Source: an uncultured Candidatus Berkelbacteria bacterium (GTDB lineage Bacteria; Patescibacteriota; UBA1384; UBA12157). From it: a stretch of DNA of 64,000 nucleotides. The translations under genes and the position numbers were made by a program. Numbering within the stretch: the stretch's first letter is position 1; each line of letters begins with the position of its first letter. The stretch is taken from contig CAIRFN010000005.1 of the NCBI GenBank assembly GCA_903877885.1, forward strand, positions 17,956 through 81,955, read 5' to 3'. Under the pieces are notes generated by a model. It saw only the letters and a program-made list of their open reading frames with translations. It was not told the origin of the DNA and did not search any database. Below, one piece after another: positions 8,970 to 17,941 of this stretch.

Positions 8970-10127
8970 CTAGTTCTGTACTTTGCTTTTTTGCCAGTCG
9001 CGGATTTTTTGAATCACTTCATGACCACGAGTTTCGAGACTTTCACCAGCTAAATTGAAAGCCGCGGCGGCTTCGTGACCGCCGCCGCCAAATAATCTGG
9101 CGATAGCAGAAACGTCAACTCCGGCGCGAGCGGCCCGGAATGAGCCATGAAGACCATCATTTTTTTCAGAAAGTAACATCGCAAAATCAATGTTTGGCGC
9201 AGTTTTTAAGAGTTCATCTAAAACACCCGAAGAGGCCGAATCATCAGCGCCAGCATCTGCAAAATCTTGGCGCTTGATTGCCGACCAAATAAATTTGGAT
9301 TGAGCTTCGTCGTGAACATTTTCCAAAACTCGACCCCAAAGTTTTAAGGTAGATAAAGTTTTGGTTTTGAAAATCCATTTGATAATTTCTTGCTGTCTGG
9401 CTCCGGCGGCTACCAATTGCGCCGCCACAGTAAAAGATTTTGGGGTTGTATTAGCATTTTGAAAACTGCCGGTGTCGACAATAATACCGGTTAACAAAGC
9501 AGTGGCCACATCAACATCAAGCAAAGGTTTTTCGCGGCTAAGTGATTCAACCAAAGCGACCAAAATTTCCGCGGTCGAGGTTGCGGTTAAATCCACCCAG
9601 TTAACCTTACCAAAATAATCATTACCCGGGTGATGATCAATATTAACCACTGGAGTTTCATAAAATAAATCTGTATTTTTGTCGTAAATTGTGCCAAGTC
9701 GATCTAAATCTGGCGCATCCAAAACCACAATCAAATCATATTTAAACGCGCCTTGAGAGAAAGTCACATCTTCAGGTCGAAATGAACCGTTAATTGGAGT
9801 TATGACCACATTCAATTTATTTTCTTCTGGCAAATTTTTGTAAGATAATTTATCAACTTTAATTTTACTGGTATTAACCGAAATGATAAAATCTTTTGTA
9901 CCTGAAAAATTTGAACTTAAGTTTTCTTTACCAGGCAAAAATCGCAAATTTTCTGGTAAAACTTCAGAAGTCACGGCTGTCACTTCTTTGCCGAGTTTTT
10001 TGAGTACCAAAGACAGAGCAATCATTGAGCCCAAAGCATCACCATCTGGGTTGACATGGCTTAAAATCAAAACACGCTGTGCAGAACGCAACAATTCAAT
10101 TGTTTGCTGTTTGGGAGTTAATTCCAC
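8970..10127 (-). CDS. DHH/DHHA1 phosphoesterase (NrnA-like)
   Basis: HVNPDGDALGS, NIDHH, DTGSF and GGGHEAAA motifs. Confidence 0.9.
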   Translation of the reverse strand: MELTPKQQTIELLRSAQRVLILSHVNPDGDALGSMIALSLVLKKLGKEVTAVTSEVLPENLRFLPGKENLSSNFSGTKDFIISVNTSKIKVDKLSYKNLPEENKLNVVITPINGSFRPEDVTFSQGAFKYDLIVVLDAPDLDRLGTIYDKNTDLFYETPVVNIDHHPGNDYFGKVNWVDLTATSTAEILVALVESLSREKPLLDVDVATALLTGIIVDTGSFQNANTTPKSFTVAAQLVAAGARQQEIIKWIFKTKTLSTLKLWGRVLENVHDEAQSKFIWSAIKRQDFADAGADDSASSGVLDELLKTAPNIDFAMLLSEKNDGLHGSFRAARAGVDVSAIARLFGGGGHEAAAAFNLAGESLETRGHEVIQKIRDWQKSKVQN

Positions 10128-10199
10128 TTTTACCTCAAATTTACTTCAGTCTTATACTTTAGCAACTATTCAATATATTAGAAAGAGCCCGTTTTGTCA

Positions 10200-10241
10200 A
10201 CCCCGTTAGATATTTTTTCGGTTTTTTATATCTAACGGGGT
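10200..10241. repeat. Family C inverted repeat (CCCCGTTAGA...TCTAACGGGG)
   Basis: 13-bp perfect arms ACCCCGTTAGATA/TATCTAACGGGGT. Confidence 0.75.
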
Positions 10242-10324
10242 CAAGGGTTTCAGATAACTCTTGCAAACTTTCTTCTCATATGATATTATCTAACTATTCA
10301 AATTAGAAAATCGAAAAGGAAAAA

Positions 10325-10633
10325 ATGCCAATTACCAAATCTGCGAAGAAATCATTAAAAGTTTCCCGCACCAAACAAGCTCAAAATTACACCAACGAAG
10401 TCAAATTAGAAAAAGCGATCCGCACTGCCGATGCCAAATCTGTTAACGATGTAGTTAGTTTAATCGACAAAGCGGCTAAAACCGGTTTGATGCACGACAA
10501 CAAAGCCGGCCGACTTAAGAGTCAGTTAGCCAAAAAATTCGGCACACCGGCTGTCGCCAAATCGAAAGTCGAAAGTAAAAAGTCTGTAAAGACAGAAAAA
10601 CCAAAAGTTGCTAAAAAAACAGCCAAGAAATAG
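10325..10633 (+). CDS. rpsT: 30S ribosomal protein S20 with Lys-rich tail
   Basis: MPITKSAKK...IDKAAKTGLMHDNKAGRLKSQL. Confidence 0.93.
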   Translation: MPITKSAKKSLKVSRTKQAQNYTNEVKLEKAIRTADAKSVNDVVSLIDKAAKTGLMHDNKAGRLKSQLAKKFGTPAVAKSKVESKKSVKTEKPKVAKKTAKK

Positions 10634-10717
10634 TATTTAGTATCTGGCAGTAAGTATCTGGTATTAAAAATTATTATGTTCCCATACTAAATACCAGCTA
10701 CTAGATACCATATACCA
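10631..10717. repeat. Inverted heptamer array (5+5 units)
   Basis: tagtatt tagtatc tggcagt aagtatc tggtatt ... catacta aatacca gctacta gatacca tatacca. Confidence 0.75.
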
Positions 10718-10735
10718 ATCAAAAGGAGTGGGAAA

Positions 10736-11344
10736 TTGAATCAAATATCTGAAAATGCGCCCAAAGAGAGCGTCAAACACAGACTATTTTACGGCGCTGG
10801 TTGCGCTTTTGAACTCACTAAATGGATTATTGTTTTAGTTATTGCTATTACAATGATTCATTTTTTTATTGCCACGATTGCAGTTGTCGATGGCGTTTCA
10901 ATGGAACCAAATTTCCACACCAACCAGATAGTTTTAGTCAATCGCTGGAACTATAACTTTGGTAAACCCGCCCGCGGCGATGCGGTGATTCTAAAATTCC
11001 CGGGCGATCCGGATCATAAAAAATACATCAAACGAATTATCGGTTTACCCGGAGAACATGTTAAAGTCGCCGGCGGCGAGGTTTACATCAATGGCCAAAA
11101 AATAAATGAACCATTTTTAGGCCAAGGCATTAAAACCTATAAACTCGATCCTACAGGTGTGCCTTTAACCAATGAAGTTTTAGATGTTACCGTCAAGCCT
11201 GATGAATACTTTATCATGGGTGATAACCGTCCGAATTCCAATGATTCTCGAACCTGGGGCACAGCCGGCCGCCGTTTCTTAATCGGCAAAGCCATGTTTG
11301 TAATCTGGCCAACCCAGGAAATAGTCCCGGAAGTTAAGTTCTAA
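10736..11344 (+). CDS. lepB: Signal peptidase I
   Basis: GVSMEP (Ser), YIKRIIG (Lys) and GDNRPNSNDSR motifs. Confidence 0.95.
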   Translation: MNQISENAPKESVKHRLFYGAGCAFELTKWIIVLVIAITMIHFFIATIAVVDGVSMEPNFHTNQIVLVNRWNYNFGKPARGDAVILKFPGDPDHKKYIKRIIGLPGEHVKVAGGEVYINGQKINEPFLGQGIKTYKLDPTGVPLTNEVLDVTVKPDEYFIMGDNRPNSNDSRTWGTAGRRFLIGKAMFVIWPTQEIVPEVKF

Positions 11345-11371
11345 AAAATAGTATCTGGTGTACAGAGTAAC

Positions 11372-11409
11372 AAAGGACAGTCCTTAAACGCGTAAAAGGA
11401 CTGTCCTTT
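11372..11409. repeat. Family B palindrome (AAGGACAGTCCTT-N-AAGGACTGTCCTT)
   Basis: aaaggacagtccttaaacgcgtaaaaggactgtccttt. Confidence 0.85.
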
Positions 11410-11417
11410 TAAATTAT

Positions 11418-11449
11418 AGATCGCCACGGTCTGCTGACCTCGCGATGAC
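11418..11449 (-). repeat. Family A single arm (GTCATCGCGAG variant)
   Basis: Reverse complement reads gtcatcgcgaggtcagcagaccgtggcgatct. Confidence 0.65.
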
Positions 11450-11468
11450 AATTTTTTTAGATCTATCT

Positions 11469-12995
11469 TTATTCTACTGTCGGGTCGTGGGATTTATCCA
11501 AACTAGTACCAACATATGTAATGAGTGGGAAAAGTTCTTCAGTAAAGGCTTCCAAAGTTACCACGGCGCTATCTGATTCATACCAATCCGGTTTGGCGAA
11601 ATTAGTTTCTTTAAATCTGTTAGCCCAAGTAATTTCATCGCCAAAAACAATAGCATAAGGCAAATATTTGTTAAACACGTCCTCTAAAGTCGCGCCGGCC
11701 TCAATCCGTTTATTCATCGTCAAATATTGCTTAAATTGCAACCATTGTCGCAGTGCCACTGAACCGGTCACACTGCGGACTGGCATCAACCCGGAAATAC
11801 TGATAATTACCCAAGAAGCGGCCATTTGACCGATCCAAAAAAATAAAACATATTTTGGATCCGGTCCATAAAAAGCGGTGTAGAAAAAACCGACCAAACT
11901 CAAGAAAAAAGCGACTACGCCAGTATTGCGCCAATAAGTATGAATCACCGCCGGATTTTGAACAAAATAACCATTTTTGGTCGCTTCATTATAGATATTC
12001 AAATAAACCTCGGCAATCTTGCGCGAAAAAATATGACGGCCAATTCTCATCTGAACATCCTCGCCCGTACTCTTATACATTTGCGGCATAAAAATTTTAC
12101 TAAGTAAAATCCGCTCAAATTCGTGTAATTGGGGCGAATGCTCCAAATCCAGGCTTTTTCGCTTACCAAAGGAAAAAGTGCCATCTTGATGGCGATTGAT
12201 AAATAAAAAGTTTCGACAAGCCAAATCAATCAAAGTGGCGGCGATTTCCCGAGAACCAACCCGGCCGTCCATCAGAGCGCCAACCACCGCCGGCGACATA
12301 CCGCTTGGCGGAACATTGACAATTTTTTTACTGATGTAAAAATATTGATCTTGACGGCGACGAATAATCATCCCGATTAAAATAATCCAGGTTAGCGCCG
12401 GAAAACCAATCGCAAAAATCAAGTAAGATTTAGTGGGAATTTGAGCTAAGAAAAAAATTAATTGCTTGAGCGGCGGCGGCGTTAAAATAGTTTTTGGTAG
12501 ATCGGCCACCACCGTATAAGAAGCGCTTTGATCAATGTTATCAGCCACAAAAACCAGGGTTCGGCTATCGGCTAAATATTCTCTATGCGATTCAATCCCA
12601 TGAACCGCGTAAACCCGTTGCGTAACCTGATCGGCAGTCACATCTTCAGGTAGATGCATCGTCACCGTAAAGTTGCTTAAAAACGAACCAGGACTATCGA
12701 GAGCTAAAATACTAATTTCATATGCATTTGGCAGAATTTTTAAATCATTGGATAGACTTTTCTTCTCGGTTAAAACCTGGCCATTAGAGGTTACGATCAC
12801 ATCCAGATTTTGCGGAGTCGCCGCCTGTTCAGCCGTCAATTTCACAAATTCGTTCGAAGCGCTGGTTTTACTCTGATTTTGCCAAATGGCGTAACCGCCA
12901 CCGACGGTGATTGCTAAAATTAAAAATACAAAAAACTTCCGCCAATAAATATTGGTATTGCGTAATAATAATTGGACTAATTCAAAATTAGTCAT
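11469..12995 (-). CDS. DUF2207-family membrane protein
   Basis: SPAVVGAL, ATLIDLA.R and YLPYAIVFG...WA motifs; start moved to ATG 12995 behind GGAGGGG. Confidence 0.8.
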   Translation of the reverse strand: MTNFELVQLLLRNTNIYWRKFFVFLILAITVGGGYAIWQNQSKTSASNEFVKLTAEQAATPQNLDVIVTSNGQVLTEKKSLSNDLKILPNAYEISILALDSPGSFLSNFTVTMHLPEDVTADQVTQRVYAVHGIESHREYLADSRTLVFVADNIDQSASYTVVADLPKTILTPPPLKQLIFFLAQIPTKSYLIFAIGFPALTWIILIGMIIRRRQDQYFYISKKIVNVPPSGMSPAVVGALMDGRVGSREIAATLIDLACRNFLFINRHQDGTFSFGKRKSLDLEHSPQLHEFERILLSKIFMPQMYKSTGEDVQMRIGRHIFSRKIAEVYLNIYNEATKNGYFVQNPAVIHTYWRNTGVVAFFLSLVGFFYTAFYGPDPKYVLFFWIGQMAASWVIISISGLMPVRSVTGSVALRQWLQFKQYLTMNKRIEAGATLEDVFNKYLPYAIVFGDEITWANRFKETNFAKPDWYESDSAVVTLEAFTEELFPLITYVGTSLDKSHDPTVE

Positions 12996-13000
12996 TGATT

Positions 13001-13108
13001 CCCCTCCGCTCATCCATGACCTATGGATATTATGTAGTTGAGCGCCCTCCGAATCTACACTGTCAGTAGAGGACGAAGCCCCTTTGACAGTAAAGATGTA
13101 GGATGGGC
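13001..13108 (-). promoter_or_regulatory. Conserved structured 5' leader, copy B
   Basis: Homologous to 50402-50509 and 62451-62557 with compensatory changes; TG-n-TATAAT at 13117-13125 directly upstream. Confidence 0.8.
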
Positions 13109-13145
13109 TATTTACCATTATAACAAAATTTCTAACTTTAAGCGA

Positions 13146-14177
13146 TTAACTCGCTAATTTAAGAACTAATAAGTCGAGGGCCACTTTTGGCTCAACCTGA
13201 CCGGTTTTCATCGCCAAATCGTTTTCCATTAATTCATGGTAGATTTTTTTCAGTTCTATCATATTGTAATTCTTAATTAAATTTAGGCTTTTACCGGCCA
13301 CAAACGGATGCAATCCAGCCCGTTTCGACAGCTCCCACTGCGAATTTACTCCGCGCTCGGCAAAATCCATCGTAATTAACAGGTTCCGATATTGATAAAC
13401 AATCATCGACAAAATATAGAGTTCATTTTCGCCATTATCTAAAAGTCGGTGTAATTCGTATAATGATTTTTTGACGTTTCGACTAGCGACCGCGTCAACC
13501 AGAGCAAAAATATCGCTGGAAGTTTGCGGTTTAACCAAGAGTTCGATATTTTGAACTGTAATAATATTGTCATCCTCGAGCCGGTGTGAGTCTTTATCGA
13601 ACACCGACATCGGGGATCCAGATCCCGGATCCTGAAGCCTTCCGGTCCGGGATGACAGACCTTTAAAAGTTGCAAGTTTGGCAATTTCATTTCCTAACCG
13701 CCACAAATCGGCGCCAACATATTCAAATAATTTTTGAACACCATCAGATGTAATCGTACCATTTAATTTAGCAACTTCTTCGCGAATCCAGGTTTTTGCA
13801 CCTTGTTCATCAAGCGGTTTAAATTCTTGGGTTTTTTGTTTAGCTAATTTTTTGTAAAGCGATGTCCGTTTATCTGGCACGCCTGCTTCAGCAAAAACCA
13901 AAACGGTTGTTTCCGGGACTTTCGGCAAAAATTCGCCGATTTTTTCTTGTTCATCCTTTTTTCCTTCTAACAACAAATTTTCAATAATCACCAGCCGACT
14001 TTTGGCTAAAAATGGATAGGCCAAAATCTGCCGAATCATAAAATCGGCTTTAGTCGTCTTGCCGTCAATCACCGCTAAATTTGTGTCCCCTAAAGACGCG
14101 GAAATATACTTTTCCTTCATCTCTTTAATTTTTTGTTTTAGTCTGTAAGTATCCTCGCCAAAAAGAAATAATATCAT
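13146..14177 (-). CDS. holA: DNA polymerase III delta subunit with an in-frame repeat insertion
   Basis: LFGEDTY, PFLAKSRLVII, GADLWRLGNEIAKL, HPFVA, DLAMKTG. Confidence 0.9.
   Translation of the reverse strand: MILFLFGEDTYRLKQKIKEMKEKYISASLGDTNLAVIDGKTTKADFMIRQILAYPFLAKSRLVIIENLLLEGKKDEQEKIGEFLPKVPETTVLVFAEAGVPDKRTSLYKKLAKQKTQEFKPLDEQGAKTWIREEVAKLNGTITSDGVQKLFEYVGADLWRLGNEIAKLATFKGLSSRTGRLQDPGSGSPMSVFDKDSHRLEDDNIITVQNIELLVKPQTSSDIFALVDAVASRNVKKSLYELHRLLDNGENELYILSMIVYQYRNLLITMDFAERGVNSQWELSKRAGLHPFVAGKSLNLIKNYNMIELKKIYHELMENDLAMKTGQVEPKVALDLLVLKLAS
13569..13656. repeat. Family A two-arm element in frame within holA
   Basis: gtcatcctcgagccgg...ggatcc...ccgggatgac; encodes SSRTGRLQDPGSGSPMSVFDKDSHRLEDD. 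Confidence 0.9.
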
Positions 14178-14199
14178 GGTTTGAGTATATCTGATTTTC

Positions 14200-14228
14200 T
14201 TGACTTTTCAACCTTTTTACGCTACAAT
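14200..14228 (+). promoter_or_regulatory. Sigma70-type promoter
   Basis: TTGACT-N17-TACAAT. Confidence 0.7.
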
Positions 14229-14257
14229 TTGGACATTCGAACCTTGGAGGAAAGTCG

Positions 14258-14503
14258 ATGACGATATGCGATAAAATAAATCTGGCTATCCTCGAGTTCT
14301 GGCAAAATTATTGGGAAGAGTCAGAAGATCCGTACGGCGATTTTTTAAGCACGACTCGCGAAGAATTATTGCAAAATTTTTCACAGAAATTATCTGTTGC
14401 GCAAAAAAAACATTTTCTTCATTGCCCAGAATGTACCAGTTACTTTCACGGACACTATTTAATCCGTGAAGAAATGGCCGTCTACAACGACTTCAATGAC
14501 TAA
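14258..14503 (+). CDS. Small protein with an HxxxCxxC (zinc anti-sigma-like) motif
   Basis: GGAGG RBS, HFLHCPEC, terminator at 14526-14546. Confidence 0.65.
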   Translation: MTICDKINLAILEFWQNYWEESEDPYGDFLSTTREELLQNFSQKLSVAQKKHFLHCPECTSYFHGHYLIREEMAVYNDFND

Positions 14504-14547
14504 AATTCTATTTTCAATCTTACTTGCCCCCTCGGGGGCTTTTTTTA

Positions 14548-14576
14548 TTGACTTTTGACCGAATTCTCGATACAAT
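14548..14576 (+). promoter_or_regulatory. Sigma70-type promoter for the fabH-like gene
   Basis: TTGACT-N17-TACAAT. Confidence 0.7.
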
Positions 14577-14599
14577 CTGGACATCAGAGGAGGTGTACC

Positions 14600-15637
14600 T
14601 TGTTTAACAACATCAATATCATTGGCGTTGGCTCGTTTGTACCAGATCGGGTTTTGACAAACTACGATATCGAGAATATGCGACCTGATGATATCGAGCC
14701 GGAAAATTGGACCAACGATGCCTGGATTTTTCCGCGCACCGGTATTCGTGAACGCCGAGTTGCTCATGACAGTTGGGCTTCGAGTGATTTAATGGTCAGA
14801 GCGGCAAAAAAAGCTTTGCTCGATGCCGAAATGACGATGAATGTTATCGACCTAATCGTCACTTCCACCAGTTTTCCAGACAAGGGTTTTAATAATCCAC
14901 GAACCTCGGAAATCGTCAAAGATAAACTTGGCGCTCGCCAAAAAACTCTCTCGGTTTGCGAAGATGCTGCTTGCGCTGGTTTTACCTGGGCTTTAGAACG
15001 GGCTTGCATGGAAATGTTAAGACACGATTTTAAACATGCCTTAGTCGTCTCTGGCGATAAGGTTACATCGGCCGTCAATTACCAAGACCGCTCAACCTGT
15101 ATTCTCTTTGGTGATGCTGCTGGCGCGGTCATTTTAGAGAAAAATTCTCGATTTGGTGGCATTTACAGAACCCTTCGCGAAACTAATACTAAATACATTG
15201 AGGCGATTGAAATTCCGGCTGGCGGTTCGGCTTTACCATATATCATCAACTCTAACCCGGCTGATTTCTATATCAAAATGCCCGGCGGCGCCGATATGTT
15301 GAAAGTGATTGGTGGCGAGGTTATTCCCCAGCTTTATAATGATTTGAAGCAATATGCCAGACGAGGTGAGGTCAAATTCATTATCCCCCACCAGGCTAAT
15401 GCCCGAATCATTAAAACGGCCAAACATTACCTCAAGAATTTCGCTGGCGAAGTTTTTGACGCCAATATCGAATGTTTTGGTAACACTTCTGGCTCCAGCG
15501 TGCCCCTGGCACTGGACACGATTTATCGCCAAGGCAAACTCGCGCCTGGCGATATGATTATTCTAATGGGTTTTGGCGCCGGTTTTATTTACGGCGCAAA
15601 CCTAATCGAATGGTCCTTGCCAATTTACAAACCTTAA
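14600..15637 (+). CDS. fabH: Beta-ketoacyl-ACP synthase III family enzyme
   Basis: RTGIRERR, AACAGF, LFGDAAGA, PHQAN, GNTS (Cys-His-Asn triad); start moved to TTG 14600 behind AGGAGGT. Confidence 0.9.
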   Translation: MFNNINIIGVGSFVPDRVLTNYDIENMRPDDIEPENWTNDAWIFPRTGIRERRVAHDSWASSDLMVRAAKKALLDAEMTMNVIDLIVTSTSFPDKGFNNPRTSEIVKDKLGARQKTLSVCEDAACAGFTWALERACMEMLRHDFKHALVVSGDKVTSAVNYQDRSTCILFGDAAGAVILEKNSRFGGIYRTLRETNTKYIEAIEIPAGGSALPYIINSNPADFYIKMPGGADMLKVIGGEVIPQLYNDLKQYARRGEVKFIIPHQANARIIKTAKHYLKNFAGEVFDANIECFGNTSGSSVPLALDTIYRQGKLAPGDMIILMGFGAGFIYGANLIEWSLPIYKP

Positions 15638-15644
15638 CCAACAC

Positions 15645-15666
15645 GCGGTGGCCTCCACCGCTTTTT
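15645..15666 (+). terminator. Intrinsic terminator
   Basis: GCGGTGG/CCACCGC stem plus T-run. Confidence 0.75.
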
Positions 15667-15691
15667 AAATTCTGGCAATCTTCTAACAAAT

Positions 15692-15727
15692 AAGGACAGT
15701 CCTTCAGCGCGTTAAAGGACTGTCCTT
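15692..15727. repeat. Family B palindrome
   Basis: aaggacagtccttcagcgcgttaaaggactgtcctt. Confidence 0.85.
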
Positions 15728-15736
15728 TTATTCTTT

Positions 15737-15824
15737 GTCATCCTCGAGCCGGAGGGTACTCCGACATCAAGGATCCAGAAAATTCCTGGATCCCAGATCC
15801 TGAAGCCTTCCAATCTGGGATGAC
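15737..15824. repeat. Family A two-arm element, intergenic
   Basis: gtcatcctcgagccggagggtactccgacatcaaggatcc...ctgggatgac. Confidence 0.9.
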
Positions 15825-15831
15825 ATAAAAA

Positions 15832-16803
15832 TTAAAACAAGCTCAACCGATTATCTTCCCTATTAGATTTATGAATTCTGGGAATTAAGGATTTAAACCC
15901 GAGGTCTAAAAAGAGTTTTTCCACTTTTTCCTTATCAAAATCGTGAATTTTGGCATCTGATAATTTAAACTCGATCGGCGCATCTGAAACAATTTGTGAC
16001 AATTTTTGGCTTAAATATGCTTGATCTTTGTACTCAATTAATAAGGAAAGAACTTTTTTGGAAATTTTTAACTTTTCTGATAGTTTTTGAATTTTGTCAT
16101 CCTGAGCTTGCGAAGGAACTTTTTTAGATTCTTCACTACCGTTCAGAATGACATTATATAAATTATCAAGTGTTTGAAATTTCTCGATTAGATTGCTGGC
16201 CGTTTTTTCACCTATTCCTGGAACTCCGGGAATATTGTCCGAAGAGTCGCCTTTGAGCGCCTTTAGGTCAACAAATTGACTTGGATTAACATTATACCGC
16301 TCTTTGACTTTATTCTCATCGTACATGACCGCTTGCTGGACACCGCGCGCCATCGAATAAACCTTTGTACTCTGATCAATCAGCTGAAAAGTATCCGAGT
16401 CACCTGTCACAATAATGTTTTCAATTCCACTATCTTCTATCCCCTTTATTATCGTTGCGGCAATATCTTCGCCTTCATATCCTTCGGCCGAAACAATCGG
16501 AATATTCATGGTCTCCAACACTTTTTTGCAATATTGAATTTGCGGCACCAAATCATCAGGCATCGGTTTGCGCGTCGCTTTGTAATCAACATATTCCAAG
16601 TGCCGTTTGGTTGGTTTGGGTAAATCAAAACAAGCCACCAAGTATTCAGGTTGGAGTTCTTTAATGGCAGCAAGTAAAGCCGAGGCAAAACCATAGGCCG
16701 CGTTAATCGGATGACCATCGCGCGTCAAAGTCGGCGGAATACCATAGAATGCCCTAAAAATTAAAGCAAACGAATCAATTAAAACCAAACGATTTTTTAT
16801 CAT
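15832..16803 (-). CDS. Stand-alone 5'-3' exonuclease (PolA N-terminal domain)
   Basis: LIDS..FRAFY, YKATR, GDSD, LKGDSSDNIPGVPGIGEKTA. Confidence 0.92.
   Translation of the reverse strand: MIKNRLVLIDSFALIFRAFYGIPPTLTRDGHPINAAYGFASALLAAIKELQPEYLVACFDLPKPTKRHLEYVDYKATRKPMPDDLVPQIQYCKKVLETMNIPIVSAEGYEGEDIAATIIKGIEDSGIENIIVTGDSDTFQLIDQSTKVYSMARGVQQAVMYDENKVKERYNVNPSQFVDLKALKGDSSDNIPGVPGIGEKTASNLIEKFQTLDNLYNVILNGSEESKKVPSQAQDDKIQKLSEKLKISKKVLSLLIEYKDQAYLSQKLSQIVSDAPIEFKLSDAKIHDFDKEKVEKLFLDLGFKSLIPRIHKSNREDNRLSLF
16096..16152. repeat. Short family A two-arm element in frame within the exonuclease
   Basis: gtcatcctgagcttgcgaagga...attcttcactaccgttcagaatgac; encodes VILNGSEESKKVPSQAQDD. Confidence 0.8.
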
Positions 16804-16835
16804 TATGAATATACTTTAACACAGCTCTCTATACC

Positions 16836-16864
16836 TTGACAAATGGGCGATTTTATGGTACAAT
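16836..16864 (+). promoter_or_regulatory. Sigma70-type promoter
   Basis: TTGACA-N17-TACAAT with extended TG. Confidence 0.75.
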
Positions 16865-16954
16865 TTATTGTTGCAAAGTTGACTTAGTCAATTGTGACCG
16901 TTAGCAATTTTGCTGACATCGACCCCCGCCCGAGGCGGGAGAAGGAACCTTAAA

Positions 16955-17446
16955 ATGAAAACTTCCCTGAACTTGATGGTAATGGTTGTACTGGCGGTTT
17001 TTTCGGCGCTCCTGATGACAGGTTGCGGCGAAACGGCCGATCCGGGCAATCTCGCCGCCAAATCGTCAATCGCCATCACCGGCGATGTCTCCCCGACCGC
17101 CAACGGCGCGACGTTCCATGTCTGCCTGACCAACCCGAATCCCGGCACGGTCAGTAAGAACGTGAAGGCGAATATCTTCATCAACCCAAACAGGAAGCTG
17201 GAAGTCTTTGCTGAAACCACCGTGGGTACAAACATCACCAGTTGGCTGTACCTCGACATCCCCAATGGGATGAAAATCGGTACCGTGACCCTGTGCCAGT
17301 GGGACGTCGAGAACAACTGGATTGTTGTTCCGATTGACCCAGTCATGGCAAAAAACCCCAGGAGCATCGACGTCGGCGACATCCTGGCACAGACGCCAAC
17401 AACACAAAACCAACGCTACCTTTATGGAACGTTGGTCCCCAAATAA
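16955..17446 (+). CDS. Putative lipoprotein (GC-richer ORFan)
   Basis: Signal peptide ending in LMTGC lipobox; terminator at ~17464-17497. Confidence 0.7.
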   Translation: MKTSLNLMVMVVLAVFSALLMTGCGETADPGNLAAKSSIAITGDVSPTANGATFHVCLTNPNPGTVSKNVKANIFINPNRKLEVFAETTVGTNITSWLYLDIPNGMKIGTVTLCQWDVENNWIVVPIDPVMAKNPRSIDVGDILAQTPTTQNQRYLYGTLVPK

Positions 17447-17503
17447 CACCGCAATAAAATGCGAAACTCCCCCTTTCATTACGATTGGGGGAGTTTTGTT
17501 TTA

Positions 17504-17936
17504 AAATATGAAGTATGAATCATGAAGTATGGATTACGGTAAATGACTTTTAGAGCTTTTAATTAAACCGGTTAATAATTTATGAACTATAACTGTTTTG
17601 TTAGCTAAATCAATAAAAATTTTGTTATCAATGTAGCCTATATCTCGCGCGATTAATAACTGATTCTGGAGCTCAGCTACAGAACCTTGAGAAATAGCAT
17701 AAAATTGGATTTTATCTTTATATGATTGACGACAAAATCCCTCGGCAATATTTGAGGTGATTGAGACTGCACATCTTTGAATTTGATTTGTTAAACTAAA
17801 AATTTCGCTTTTAGGAAAATTTTTTGCCGCTTTATATATCCCTAAAACAAGTTCATGCCCTGTTTGCCACGCGTTTAAATCTGTGAATGATTTAATCGAT
17901 TTCCCTTCCATAATTCATACTCCATGATCCATACTT
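17504..17936. repeat. Inverted heptamer arrays bracketing the four-helix-bundle gene
   Basis: aaatatg aagtatg aatcatg aagtatg (17504-17531) versus cataatt catactc catgatc catactt (17909-17936). Confidence 0.8.
17534..17911 (-). CDS. Four helix bundle protein (23S rRNA IVP-like family)
   Basis: SFTDLNAWQ, FPKSEIFSLTNQIQRCAVSITSNIAEG, GSVAELQNQL. Confidence 0.92.
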   Translation of the reverse strand: MEGKSIKSFTDLNAWQTGHELVLGIYKAAKNFPKSEIFSLTNQIQRCAVSITSNIAEGFCRQSYKDKIQFYAISQGSVAELQNQLLIARDIGYIDNKIFIDLANKTVIVHKLLTGLIKSSKSHLP

Positions 17937-17941
17937 CTACC

